DNA of 64,000 bases from Octopus vulgaris (Eukaryota): assembly GCA_951406725.2 (NCBI GenBank), contig OX597825.1, positions 2,418,001 to 2,482,000 on the forward strand, written 5' to 3'. A model generated the notes under the pieces. That model saw only the letters and a program-made list of their open reading frames with translations. It was not told where the DNA came from and did not search any database. The position numbers and the translations under genes were made by a program. Every line of letters begins with the position of its first letter. Positions within the stretch are counted from its first letter, which is position 1. Below are positions 43,886 through 57,693 of this stretch, piece by piece.

Positions 43886-45475
43886 AATACATATTCTTAT
43901 TTGCCACTACTAGTTTCAGGTGTTGAGAAAATGTCAAGCAATATTTTGTAATACGTCTGATATCTAAGCATAATGAACTAAAAAATAAATGAGAGAAGAA
44001 ACGAGAAAAACGAGGAGCAAGTGTATAGAAAAAGTGTAAGGATGAAAAATCGGGAAACGGAAAAGTAATCTCGAAAGAAAAGGGGGAAAAGAGTTATCTC
44101 CCTTACATCGTAAATTATAAGCTTGAAAAAATAGTTGTTTAAAGTTTATTGTACGGGTAGTAATCTGAAGGAGGAACTTCCCAATTCTTCAAAAGGAATT
44201 TAAGTGTATGTTTGCAACCGCTGAAAATTTCCGATCTAGACTTCAGCAGTGACTTGAAGATCTTAGATCTGAAAAGGATGTGAGCTCTTTCAGCTAAGCA
44301 TAACTTAACTTAGATTGTTTCGATCCGTTAATGTATCATGTGGATTTTTCGATTGATTTCCACTTTACTGTATGTGAATTTGCATTAGTTCCCAAACGCC
44401 ATACGTGGCTAGCAAAATTATCAGCTTGGCTTTTGCCCCTATGTCGGGAGGAACCTATATATATAGGGATGATAGTTATAGACATGCTGAATGTGATATA
44501 TATGTCTATACCTAGAGTAATATGGCGGGGTGATAAGTGTCACATTTATTTTCATTTATGTCACCGAGTGATATAAAAGAATGCGCATAACATGTACGCT
44601 TGTTTCACGCACAAATGCTAAGCGTATTATATACACAATCTGAATCCTCACCACTCACGCATACGTGTGAAAATACATTATCTGCAAGAAAATGCGTCTG
44701 TAAGGAGAGTCGATAAGCTAGAAGGGGAAGTTAAATATTCCTTAAATCAATCGCTACCGTTTAAAATATAATAAAGATAAAAGAAGAAACAGCTTTTCGC
44801 AATGCAGCCCTTGTGAATCTCCGGCGGAAAATTAAGATGTAACAGTCTATCATAGGTCAAATCAATCTCGCCAGACTTTGGACGAAAAATGGACGGTAGA
44901 CACTCCAACTAGAGTTGTAAGCATGCATATATAAATAATTCATAGTAATAGCCTGATTTCATAAGACTATGACTAATCTCGGAGAATAATGGATTGTCTA
45001 TATTGCATTCGTTTATTCCACTGAGAGACACTCTGAAATCCTTTGATCGAAATTGTATTCAATAAAGCCGAGATCTTGCAAGTACATAAGAGTTTAGTTC
45101 CATAAACATCAGTATTGTATATGAATATATATATATATATATCCCTCTATGTCCTTCTGTTTGCATACACACACATACATGTGTGAAAAGACAAACGTCA
45201 GGAATGTGTAGTCAGCACATTTAATAAAAATTACATATATTATGATTTAAAACAGTTTTTTCGGCTCAGTGCGGGTTACAGTTTCACAGACTTGGAGTAA
45301 TTGTGATCGTTCACACTGACATTAATTAATGGAGAAATGTTTGAAATCCAGTGACTAGTGGAAGTGGCTATTGAAAATGAGCTGTTAATAGTCAATGTTA
45401 TAACGTTGCTGGTTACATGTATGCGCACACATACATGCATGCATACATACATACATAAATACATACATACATACA

Positions 45476-45506
<31 letters not shown>

Positions 45507-45560
45507 TATTGTATGTTAATAATTCAACGTCGAAAATCGCAACGTAGATGCAAAATGGTA

Positions 45561-45605
45561 AATACGTGTAGTTAATTCGTCTTAGATGAATTAACTACAC
45601 GTATT
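45561..45605. repeat. 45-bp near-perfect palindrome
   Basis: aatacgtgtagttaattcgtct-t-agatgaattaactacacgtatt; 22-bp arms with one G:T mismatch. Confidence 0.9.
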
Positions 45606-46567
45606 AGACGTTACGTGGAAACAGCTTTGTTTCGTCTCGAAGTTTGTGTTAGATATTTTATAGAAGCAAATGCCTGTTTAAAAAAAATGGAAAATGTGAA
45701 TCAGACAAATATCCTTCTTTTGTATAATCACATGTCTTATATACCACATGTCGACATATTAGATACACACAGAAGGAAAGGTACATCATACGCACAAGAG
45801 AAATAAATTGTGTGTACATTATATAAATAAAAATGTAGCTTATACATACATACATAAATAGATACATACACGCACTCACATACATAGAGGTATATATTTA
45901 TATTGGAAAATACTGAGAAAAATGTTGAAAAGGCGCCCAAATATTGTCTGTACTGTTGACGAAGGATAGGATTATTAATCGATATTCGGAGAGATTGGCT
46001 AGAATTTTGCACACGAACAAACATGATTTTGCACAGCTTGATGCAAACAGTATATGAAGATTCCAAATTAACTGCAGAAATAATAACAGCCAAATAATAT
46101 ATATTCCCCCCACCCAAGTGACAAAATTCTCATGTCCACCTTGGAACTTACAGTACAGAACCTATTCGGACACTGCTGCTTGTACTAAAACCAGGAACCC
46201 CAAATTATCGCCACGTACCCTACTTATGGCCTCCCCTTAACCAGAAATATTTCCATAACTTTTCTACTGAATAATATCTGTATCTTCACCCCTGCTCCGA
46301 CTAAAACCTATTGGTGTATCCCACTATTATTTTTGTTTCTTTATTTTTATTAATTAGCCATCCTATTCCTCTCCTGTACAAATGATTAATGCACGAATTG
46401 CTGTCTTCGTTTAGTCTTTTAATTAACACCCCAAAGAGACATACGAGCGAAATGGTATGATTACAACCATATTCAACTTTTCTCTTGTTCCTCCCTATGC
46501 TCTTCTTCCTTATTTATTCTTCATTCTGAGGAAGCTCCTTGTTTCAGATACGTTTTATTTCCACATG

Positions 46568-46599
<32 letters not shown>

Positions 46600-46604
<5 letters not shown>

Positions 46605-46795
46605 TACCGTTGGCGATTTTTTCCTCTGTCTTCCCTTCTCTGGATCTTTCCTTTTGCTATGCTTCCGACGAAGAGCTCCGCTCGAAACGTTACATGCTCT
46701 TTCTTTCCTTCTTTCCTGAGCGTCCAATAATACTATATTTGTTCAACGTCCTCGCTTTGTTGTGTTTTTTTGTGCTTTCTTGTTTGTATTAACTA
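46600..46795 (+). mobile_element. Short PLE-like element (family A) with hammerhead-like motif at 46665-46691
   Basis: CCGACGA-a-gagc(tcc)gctc-GAAA-cgtt; homologous to 47815-48005 (+) and 60083-60275 (-); lies between (CA)n and (TA)n. Confidence 0.75.
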
Positions 46796-46809
46796 TATAT
46801 ATATATAGT

Positions 46810-46990
46810 ATATGGTAAACAAAAACGGGCAAAAAACAAGCAAAATGCCCCTTGCATTTGAACACTATGCAAATATTTTTAAAAAACCTTTTGTTTTTCC
46901 ATACTTACAGTTGAAGAAGTCTCCATGTGTGAAACCGATACTGGAATGTTTTTCATAAATTCGTTTTAGCATTTTCTACCTTGACTTTTT

Positions 46991-46992
<2 letters not shown>
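46810..46992 (+). mobile_element. Short PLE-like element (family B), degenerate hammerhead motif at 46908-46943
   Basis: cag-TTGAAGA-agtc...-GAAA-ccgat-a-ctg; aligns in reverse with 19668-19865. Confidence 0.6.
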
Positions 46993-47063
<71 letters not shown>

Positions 47064-47099
47064 TATATATATATATGTATGTATGTATATATATATATA

Positions 47100-47421
47100 C
47101 CCGTAAATATTAGAGAGTCAACTTTGAATATGTTAACTCTAGTGCTAGAGTCGCTTGAGAATCGTCGCTTGTAAGGGTCTGATCAATTATATTGACAAAT
47201 GTTGCTGATGAATCATAGACAATTATGTAAGTATAATCTGCATTTTGTTAATGAAGAAACAATTGTACAACATTAATCCATTATTTAGTAGTAATTTAAT
47301 TTCATAGCGTTGATTGTGGTGCTATTTCTATGTGGATTTATCGTCGGCGACTTTTACCGATCGGACCTATTTCTAGCACTAGAGTTAACATATTCAAAGT
47401 TGACTCTCTAATATTTACGGA
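47100..47421. mobile_element. Tc1/mariner-type MITE with ~50-bp TIRs and TA flanks
   Basis: ccgtaaatattagagagtcaactttgaatatgttaactctagtgctaga (47101-47149) is the exact reverse complement of 47372-47420; TA on both sides. Confidence 0.9.
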
Positions 47422-47709
47422 TAAATATGAATTTGTGTCCCCGGTTTTTTGTGCTAGGTCGCTTGGTGTTAAAATAAGGGTATTATTGAATTAATATCTA
47501 TAATTTTATTCACCCTCATTATTTAATATATATATATATATATATATAAACTACTAGCCCTACAAACACGCTTTGTTTACAGCCACAACCACACACACAT
47601 ACACACACACACGCACACACACACACATGTCATCATTGCACAAATACACACATACACACACACGGACACGCAGACCTCCGCTCATGCACATATCCACACT
47701 TACACATAC

Positions 47710-48004
47710 ATTCCTCCTCCTTTACCATTCTTCTGTCTTTGACAATACTACTTTCCTGTCTTTGAAAACATCTTTCTTCCCCCATTTCCTTCCGGTCTTT
47801 CAAAATGTGACCTCGCGTGTACCGTTGGTGATTTTTTCGTCTGTCTTCCCTTCTCTGGATCTTTCCTTCTCCTATGATTCCGATGAAGAGCTCCGCACGA
47901 AACGCTATACCCTCCTTCTTTCCTTCTTTCCTTCTTTCCAATAATACTATATCTGTTCCACGTCCTCGCGTTGTGTTTTTTTGTGCTTTCTTGTTTGGAT
48001 TAAC

Positions 48005-48005
<1 letters not shown>
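47710..48005 (+). mobile_element. PLE-like element (family A), longer copy, degenerate hammerhead motif at 47880-47906
   Basis: CCGATGA-a-gagc(tcc)gcac-GAAA-cgct; the 3' 190 bp is homologous to 46600-46795; ends in (TA)n. Confidence 0.7.
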
Positions 48006-48072
<67 letters not shown>

Positions 48073-48584
48073 CAGAGAGAGAGAGAGAGGCATACCGACA
48101 GACAGATAGATGAATAGATAGATAGATAAGTAGATATGAATAAGAAACATTATCTTATTGACCTTGAATATAGTGAAATAAGTGGCATTGCTGAAACATT
48201 GTACGCTTTAGGTTCATCCAACATAGCAACGCTTCCTGAACGCCTTGTTGCATATAATAAGGATAGCATTTCCCAAAAAACTTTTTAAATATTTGCACGC
48301 AACAATCAATATTTTATTCTTCAAAGTTTACACAAAATGTGATTTTGCTAAATTATTTTCGGCATCTCTATCAAGGATAGACACGTAACAATGACAATAG
48401 CACAAGCAATAGCTGCCATTATAATGTCAATAAGAAAATCTAAAAACTGGAGTAGCCCCAAGGATATTGCGCACATTACTATGTATATCGTCAGAGATAA
48501 GGACAACTGCTAAAACTGTTACACTATAGAAAAAAAAAAGAAGAAAAAAGGAAAAAGAAAAAATTAACGATATCTGATTCGAAG

Positions 48585-49930
48585 ATGACTTGCAATGACG
48601 ATTATGATTATGTGCAAAATAAGGATGATGTTGATGATGATGCTGATGTCGACGGCGGAAATGTTGGTGTTATTGTTGTTCGAGTTGGTGGTGGTGAAAT
48701 GATCGTTGCGATGATGATTATGATGATGGCGACGAAGACGACGTTGATGATGGTATTATTGTTGTTCTAGGTGGTGGTGATGATGATTGTGATGCTGATG
48801 ATGAGTATAACGACGACGATGATGATGATGATGATGGTGATGACGTTGGCGACGAGGACGATTCTTCTAGTCCGCTGCACTATTAGTAACCAAAAGCATA
48901 ATTATCGCTCTCATCACACTGCAAACACCGCATTATCTTCGTCACTATCAATTATTACCGAATCAACAGAAATCAACATTTTCTGCAACACTAAAAACAG
49001 CTACAAAAACAAAACAAAACAAAACAAAATAAAAAGCAGTCATAAGAATACAAACAATTTCTGTAACACCATTATTATCTACATAATTGACAACATCAAA
49101 ATACAACAGCAATAATAACAACGATTACGGTAAGAAGCAGAAGAGCAATAACGGCAATCAAAAACATTCATCAATGGTTACTACAAAAACAGCCACTCGC
49201 ATTATCTATCTCACTATCAATAACGGTTGAATTAAAAGACAACATCACTATTAATGATTATTAGTAAGACAGTAACAACAACAATATTATGCAGCATGGT
49301 AGATGATAACGACTGCACTAAACAAACGAATGCAGCAATGATACTTCGCTGTCTACAATTATATCAACTGGCGCAGTAATGATAACTGTAAAGTATTCGA
49401 TTAATGGCGAATGCAATTGCAACGTAACAGCAATGTTAGCGCTATGACCAACAACACCATTATGATGACGAATATTTGAGCTTCAGAACCGCAATTGAAT
49501 TTCTCTCAGCTACAACAACATCGTTATCAACCAGCGCTATCAGCTGCAGTTTTTAGCTGATTATTCTTCGCAACAATAGCGCCTCAATTAACATCAGCTA
49601 CAAAGTCAACAGCAGGACCAACATTGAGACCAACTGTAACGAAGCAACTTCTTTATCGACAGCAGCAGACACACTACAAAAGAACAGTATCAACGATAGT
49701 ATAGTGACTGTGTTAACAATGAAACCATTAGCAGTACCCTACCTATCAAATCTATTGAAGCAATAGCGACATATTGAAAGACAATCTATGCAACATCATT
49801 TATTAAACGTAGCAGTATCAATGCTAAGATGACCTGCAGTAACAGTAACACCAGCTACAAAATGTGTAAGATCGACAACTGTAATAACAGCGAAATCATT
49901 CGCAAGAAAACATGTAACAGGAACAACGTG
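48585..49930. repeat. Degenerate (GAT)n followed by (CAA/CAG)-rich low-complexity region
   Basis: Cryptic trinucleotide periodicity and no long ORF. Confidence 0.6.
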
Positions 49931-52900
49931 AACCGCTGGCAAATTACACGCCTTGGCGACTATCAGTCAGCCATTCGAACAAGAAACGCATTACAATGCC
50001 CAACGCGATCTGTTAAAATATCTACATTATCAGTAACAAAGATTAAGCAAAAATAAAATTGAAAAGAAAGCGTTTGAAATAACATAAGGGTGAGTAAACA
50101 CATATATTTGTAACTTCCTGGAAGTATGGTACTGGATATTGTAAAGAGTAAGATAAGAAATTACTAATGACCATAACAAACACTGGATGAGTGACATATC
50201 TGCTCTTTGCATGTCCCGGTAGATTAGATTTCAAGGATAATAATATACTGGTCGCTTTAGTTTAATTTATCGGAAACAACCGATGTTTGGATGTGTTTTT
50301 TCACAGGTGTCCCAGAATCCCTTCTGCTGATTAGCTAAGTGTTTTATGAATACAAAACTGTCGTAAAAAGATATTCTTTCCGTGCGACGTACAAAACAGC
50401 AACTATCATATTTGTATGTGAATAATCCAGAACTTATGAGGGGTAATTATGCAAATAGTCGTTTCCCATCTCGATGTACAGAGTGAAAATAATGAGTTTT
50501 TTCTTTTCGGTTGTCAAATATCAATATTGCTAAGCAAGCATTTCATTTTCTGAAAGTATAAAAAAAAAACTGGCAGATTTAAGCTCAAATAGTTTGGAAC
50601 TTGTGACTAACATAACATGTCAAAACCCCGGTGATCTAGAAGCCCTTACGCCAATGAGACGAGTCGTGATTACACTGTTATCGTGACTGAAGAAATCTCC
50701 TATGATATACCCAACAGTGCCTAAAATATATGCTTTTTTTAATCCACCGGGACATATTAAAAATACATGTATAATTCGCAGCTTTAGTTCTCGATGTAGA
50801 GAGCAGAACAGTATATTTTAATAAAAATAAATTGCAGAGAAACAGAAATTCATATTGAAATAGTGTTGTATATATAAACTGTACATACTTATACACACAC
50901 ATACACGCACACTCACACACACACACACGCACACACACACATGTATACATATACGTTTGTGTGCGTATGTGGATGTGTGTGCGTGCGTGTGTGTGTTTGT
51001 GCATAACGTATCATTGTATATGAATCATCATATTGTCTTGCATCATGCATCAGGCATTAAATGTTCACTAGTTGTTCAGTCAAACAATGAGGCAATTCAC
51101 TATAGTTTGTCCACGGACTGAGTGACAAAGATGTCGACATAGATCAGCATGGTATTACTTATTTATGAAACATTACACGCAAATCCGTTTGTAACAAATA
51201 TTTTGCACCATATTTAACTTATGACTTTTTACTAATTTTAGTTATTATTCTGTAGCAATTTTGAATTGTAGCCAATCACAACGAAATCCACCAAAACTTT
51301 TGGGCTGTTCCTTATTTGAGCAACATATAGTAATGGCGTGGCCTAATTACATGTTTCTGAAAGCAATAGATTTCTAAACCTGTAACATTTAAAACAATAA
51401 AACTAAGACACATAACAATACAATTTCGCACGCACACAATTTTTCGCAAATACATACGCATTTAAGAAACGGCAAACGCTAAGTAGCCATGCACAGTTAT
51501 ATTTATCTCTTTATCTATTGCTCTGTCATCCGATATATATATATTTGTTTCAGATCAATGTGTAATATATAGGAAGAATATATCACTACGCAATAACTGC
51601 AGAGGATGTCGCACAAGGGATGCATCTTTGTGTGTGTTTGTGTGTGTGTACGCATTTATACATTATTTTATATGAACTTATTTACCACACAATTGCTGTT
51701 ACCGTTTTCACCAAAGATCTACTTTAATTGAAATATCTGCACATGTTATTGTAATGCGTCAACGACACTGAAATATTTGCCAGCCATTTTATACAATGAA
51801 ATGTATGTAAATACATTTGAACCTGTACATTATAGTACATTAGATAATGAAACACACGTAAATCTGTCTTTAACTATTTCCGTCCTGCTCTTCATAATAA
51901 TCCGTACTTGGAGGCACCCAATAAAAGTAGAATTTGTTTGTTCTTTTCCCAGCCCATCTTTGATTCTGAAGAAACTGTTAGATCTATTCTTCGAGACTGT
52001 ATTGAAAAGGGCATCGTAGCTGGCTCCGAAAAAGACAGAAGATCCATAAACAGAGAGAAAATGGAAAAGAGAAGGAGAGAGAGTGAGATAGATATAGCGA
52101 CAGAGAGAGTGAGACAAAACGAGAGAGTCAGAGAGAGAGAAAGAGAGAATGTGTGTGTTTCAGTGATTGACTTTGAAATATGAAAGGTAAATTTTTCCTA
52201 TTGGGATTTCAACCGAGAATACACGAATAACTGCTCGAAGACACTTTATCCTAATGGCTCCAATAATTCTACCCTTTAAACGTCTCTGTACATATCCTGT
52301 TAATATGCTGCGATTTATTATCGAACAAAATGAATGTTTTCTCGACAAATGATAGTGTTGTGTGCTTTGTTATATAATAACATAATTTCAAATATATACA
52401 ACTGATATTGTATTTGCGATATGTTATAGAAATACGCAAGTATACGACTACAATGGATAACCTTCTCAAACATATTATAGAACGAAATAAATGTCAGACG
52501 TGTGTTCGTTCTTGTATAATATAAACTGAAGTAGATTTATGATGTTAAAATCTATTTCATTTTCCTAAATATAGCAACTCTTATTGGAAAGATATATTCG
52601 ACATGAATGATCATTTAAGTAGTAACGGAATCGGATTCAACAGATCCTTAGTGGAATAACTGCAAGAATAGGAGACAGTGTTTTTGAAACAGTGGAATTA
52701 GATATAACTCTGATACTACAGATTGCTAAGATTATACAGCGCCGAAATAGGTAAGAGGTTATAAAATATGACTGGCAATTGCCAAACCAAAATGTATGAT
52801 ATGCAACTAAACCAGTCAGAATATGTCGTTTCGCGTTCTTCTCGAAAAGATGTTATGCACTTCTGAATATTCTTGAGACATTCGGCAAGATGCAAAAATT

Positions 52901-53403
52901 GGTAAAATTGAAAAGTATATTATTTGCAAGCCTCAGTGATTTGTGCATATTTATAATGAGTATACGTAGAATATAACATGAATGCTCATAACACCATCGG
53001 ATTTTGCACACTCTCTTTTACTGCATATGAGTGTCTGAATCAAAATATAAACTCCACTTATTACCATCGTCATTATCATCATAGTATTCATCTGGTTGTA
53101 GTAATACTAGGAGGAGGAGGACAAGGAGGGGGAGGAGAAGGCGTCCGGGCAGTGTCTGCAGCTGTAGCAGTGTACCTCAGCACCATGATCGCACATGTAA
53201 TAACTGAACTCATAACGGTACGAAAGAAAATTCTTCCAAACGTGCCATTTATAGATTGAGAGTGCAGTATAACTTATAGAAATTTACTTGGAGCTAGACG
53301 TAGGTATATTCATTTATTCATTGTGAGAACAGAATCAGTAATTAAAATTTAGCTGGATCCATGTACAGTTGAACAGATAGAATAAGTCCATGGTGTTGTA
53401 GAT

Positions 53404-53457
53404 TGTATCAAGTGTTGTATATATCGCGCATGTATCAAGTGTTGTATATATCGCGCA
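53404..53457 (+). repeat. Perfect 27-bp tandem duplication
   Basis: tgtatcaagtgttgtatatatcgcgca repeated twice. Confidence 0.95.
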
Positions 53458-53599
53458 ACTTGATATAATCATCAAATAAATCTCACAAATTAGGTGATAT
53501 TCTTAATTATAATCTGCTTATGTATCGTAATATTATTTCTATGAAATACAATAATTATTGTTTAGACTTATCAACGTTACATTTCCATCTTCACGGAGA

Positions 53600-54420
53600 G
53601 AGTCTGGGATGTGTGTGAGAGATGTAGCAGATGCCTTTTGGTGATCAAGTGAAAGCATTGATAACCTAAGTGCTGCAGTATACTCATATTACCATTAATT
53701 AGTAAATAAGGGATTCTGTATTTTCCAATTAAGTTGGTATGTATTAACACTATATTGAATAAATTCCCTGTAAAAACATACTCTGCGTTGAGTTTGCTAT
53801 TCGACAACTGTGAAATACTATTAAACATGCACGCAGATGGAAACAAATTGACAGAGGTGATATCTTTGCAGATGACATATGTTTGAGGAATCTGTACAAG
53901 ACAAATCGGAATAATGATAATTTCTCCATCAAATAAGGAATGAGTCACGTAATGAACTCGGGAAAAGTGTAAGGTTAACGAATTAGAGAAATGTAATATA
54001 TGTAAGTGAAATGCACCTTGTGAGAGGCACGAATCAAAAAGTAATTAGCCGAGTCTAATTAAAACTGAAGTGCAATATGAATCTATATGCAAATGAGATG
54101 GGGATTGGGGTTCAAGTATACAACAGAAATGTCTCATTTGATGAGAATATATGGGAAGTATATGAGTTATAACTTAGCTGGAAGTGAAGTATTTGAAATG
54201 AAATTGGGAATTGGGTAAAAACACTTCTAAGAAGATGCCAATGCATCGTTCATTATGTTTGCATTAAATCTCACTTTCAACCTGAGCAAATCTCTTAAAT
54301 GCCCTTTCCGTAACCCTATCGACACACCGTCGAAGAATATTAAACGACTACAGATTACTGGAAGCAACTGAATACTGATACAAGGAGGCTTGATATTGTA
54401 AACTGACATACTGGAAGGCG
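53600..54420 (+). mobile_element. Decayed LINE (CR1/L2-like) RT remnant
   Basis: atctttgcagatgacatatgtttg = IFADDICL (RT catalytic motif) at ~53862; downstream KNIKRLQ resembles the CR1 DI..LE.VQ region. Confidence 0.45.
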
Positions 54421-56347
54421 AACAGGAAAACGTCGGTGAAATTACAGCCTACTGCTTTGAAAGCTATAGCAATCACTCGATGGTACAATATACATAGGAA
54501 CTATAATTGAAATAAATGAAACAGTAATCTTCTCACGCCCGGATACGATTCGTTTTGTTGAAAACTTCCTTGTTTTTAATATATTTACAATCCCTGAAAT
54601 AGTATTTTCTTTATTGAGTTTCATAAATATCTGTAGCACCAAGTACTGACCATGAAATTTTAAAATATCACAATATCACAATTTTACATTATTAAATACA
54701 GTTAATTGAAGATATTTATAGGAGAACGAGGTCTCACAGCTTCCATAATATTCGAGATAGAAGTTTCTGCACACTGACGCTTTACATACGATGTATATTT
54801 TCATTAATTGTATCTCACAGGTATGCTTTGAAATTGAAATCCTGATACAGTGAAATACGCGTATATTGTATTTCTCTTTCCTTTTTGTGGATTAAGTGGC
54901 TTGTTTTAACTGAATATTTGATAATGGCGTTAGTTTGTTCAAACTTTGACGTATAGATGTTGTATTTGAAGAGTGGGTGTATTATTTGAATTAAAGGTGA
55001 GTTATTTAAAGAGGGCGTATGCATTATATTATATGTTACACAACAGTCATTGTTGACACTGGATTAACTATATGTGTGTGTGGTTGTTTATAACCGATAA
55101 GAGACTCTCAACTTTTGGAGTGTATTTTGAAATATTAGAAAATACTTATTGATTTACATACAGTAGCCCTGGTCAGGTCACTTTCCTGTGTACACTAATC
55201 GGAGAAATGGAATTCTAGACATTTACCGTCTCTCTCTCTCTCTTCCCTGTCACGTACGACCCCATTGGCATTTGATTTCTATTTATACTTATAAGGCTAA
55301 ACGTCTGTCTATTCCTAACTGTAGATAACCGCCTCGGTAAACAGGACCACCAGTAAACATACACTAAGCAGTATGGCCAGGCACAAATATTTTATGCTTT
55401 CCACTTTTAGTCATGATAATACAAGGCATTTGAAATGCGGAAAGTTAATAACAATTGACATCGAATGATTTATTAATTTGAATATGATAATTACATCAAA
55501 AGACAAAAATATAAAACAGAAACCTCAAAAAGAAACAATGCCAAGGTGGAACGAATAACCAATACTTTCTGATTTTGATGTATACTTGCACTGCTTCTCA
55601 AATCCATACAGATGGCATGACTAATTCCATCATCTGATAACTACACGGCTGTATACGCCTATTCTTCGCTCTTTCTGAAAATTTGGATGACAGAATTGTT
55701 AGAACATTGAAATTGTCTCTGCAAAAATATTTGCCATAAATTACTTCAAAAGCTAGATATGTTATCTTAAATTTCGGATGGCTGTCAATAAAACCAATTC
55801 TAGAGTACACAAAGTGCTAAAATACTTGGCGGCATCATATTTGGTATTTAAATTTCTTTCTCATTTTTCGGATAACCAATAAGCAAATAACAACCAAAAA
55901 CAGACTATAAAACCTTGCATACAGATGATTGCATGTGGTCGCAGATATTGCGTGACAGCCTCCCTCTTGATCCAGGGTAGCACTACTTCCTTCGGTCACT
56001 TAATGTTAAGTCTGAGGCCGTGTGATAAATCGAATAGAGACATAACGCTGCCAAACATCAAAAATAATTCAATCTCAGTAAATAAATAAAAAAAAAACAA
56101 AGGTAAAAGCATTATCTTGGCGATAATTTCGATTTCTTAAAGAATTTCTATCTTTTGTTGGATATTTTGCTTTCTTGCTCTTTCTTCTGCCATCAAGCAC
56201 AGCTGTGCATTAAGTAAGAAAAAGTTTAAAACTTTCGCCGGGATCAAGAGTCATACAGGCGCCTATCAAGTGGTAAGTGGTCCTCTGGCTGCTATTTCTA
56301 GCGTGTAGCACCCTTAATAATTAATATTTATATACATACACGCATAC

Positions 56348-56402
<55 letters not shown>

Positions 56403-56484
56403 ATATATACCGCAGTAAACACATAAATGTGAAACGAGGTGGAAAAAGAGTACTCAAATACCAGTGGTAGAGTAATATGCTTTA

Positions 56485-56644
56485 TTTAAAAGCAGCAGAA
56501 AATTCAACAAAACCTGTTACTCTGAGTTTCACGTTCCCGTTCGTCGGACAGTTTTTGCTAGAAAAAACTAGCAAAAACTGTCCGACGAACGGGAACGTCA
56601 AACTCAGAGTAACAGGTTTTGTTGAATTTTCTGCTGCTTTTAAA
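56485..56644. repeat. Palindrome (77-bp arms, A6 spacer) with paired hammerhead-like motifs; PLE-type inverted terminal repeat
   Basis: Arms 56485-56561 and 56568-56644 differ at one position; flanked by (TA)n on both sides; left side extends unpaired to ~56410. Confidence 0.9.
56514..56551 (-). ncRNA. Minimal type I hammerhead ribozyme motif, U4C core variant
   Basis: ctgt-CCGACGA-acg(ggaa)cgt-GAAA-ctc-a-gagt-a-acag: all three stems pair; GUA cleavage triplet. Confidence 0.7.
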
Positions 56645-56649
56645 GAAAG

Positions 56650-56698
<49 letters not shown>

Positions 56699-56774
56699 AG
56701 ATTAATAAATAAAACATATGCATATATACATCCATATATGTACGTACCTACCTCTATATGTATATATACACGCA

Positions 56775-56930
56775 TCGAACAAAATAAGAAACGAAAACAT
56801 AAACACAAAACCAAAGAAATGGACATTTTTCTTAAATAACGAAAGAATAGAGTAGAGGACATACAACACACTGAAAATCCCCCTTCTTCAGTCGCCTCTG
56901 TTTCATCTACTCCGCGTTACGTAGGTCATA
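56775..56930 (-). mobile_element. Possible PLE-like terminal repeat fragment
   Basis: Minus strand gacctacgtaacgcggagtagatgaaacagaggcgactgaagaagggg with a GT-rich tail ending at (TA)n; same architecture as the other PLE-like fragments, core incomplete. Confidence 0.4.
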
Positions 56931-56940
56931 TATAGAGAGA

Positions 56941-56990
56941 GAGGCGCAATGGCCCAGTGGTTAAGGCAGCGGACTCGCGGTCGTAGGATT
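56941..56990 (+). mobile_element. tRNA-derived SINE 5' head (truncated)
   Basis: gaggcgcaatggcccagtggttaaggcagcggactcgcggtcg: A-box/D-arm-like TGGCCCAGTGG, no B box or 3' half. Confidence 0.55.
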
Positions 56991-57044
56991 AGAGCAAATT
57001 GGCGTACAGCTGTTTCCAGTAGTCGTTGTAGGTACATATTAATG

Positions 57045-57083
<39 letters not shown>

Positions 57084-57519
57084 CTCTCTCTCTCTATTTA
57101 TATATATGTATATCATATGGCAAATATCACTAGAAATGGGAGTCACAGGTGTATTATTGTATGGGAAAAGAGGATGTCACTACACTTGATGGATTGTGGG
57201 TTCGAAATATCCTTATTGGCGGATGGTAATATCTTCCAATTTCACAGGTGGGGCAGTTTCAGATACTAAGGGGTCAACGTAGCAAAGAAGATTTCTGATG
57301 CCCCTTACATGGATGAGCCAAGAGGAAGTGATCTACGAATGTAGTGTTTAAAACTGAAGCGCCAAATGTAATATCAAATATCTCAAAAATAAATTCTACC
57401 CACACAATACGAAATATACATTGGAGAAGAAAATTAATAATGATAAGTTTCCCTCCATTTAACAGTAACCATCGTTATTGTATTCGCAGCGCTCAGGATA
57501 CACTTTACACTTCATTGCC

Positions 57520-57553
<34 letters not shown>

Positions 57554-57661
57554 GAAATACATAAGCAGACACATGTTTATGTATTTATATACACATATCT
57601 TTCTGTATATATATATGTGGGGGGATGTATTTATATATAGTTGCTATATATACATACATAC

Positions 57662-57693
<32 letters not shown>

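Noticed and set aside
46526-46560. CTGAGGAAGC...GATACGTT as an additional hammerhead
   Set aside because: GAAA is absent (gata) and stem II is weak; at best a decayed remnant.
56941-56990. tRNA gene
   Set aside because: Only an A-box/D-arm-like half is present, with no T arm or acceptor pairing; treated as a SINE head.
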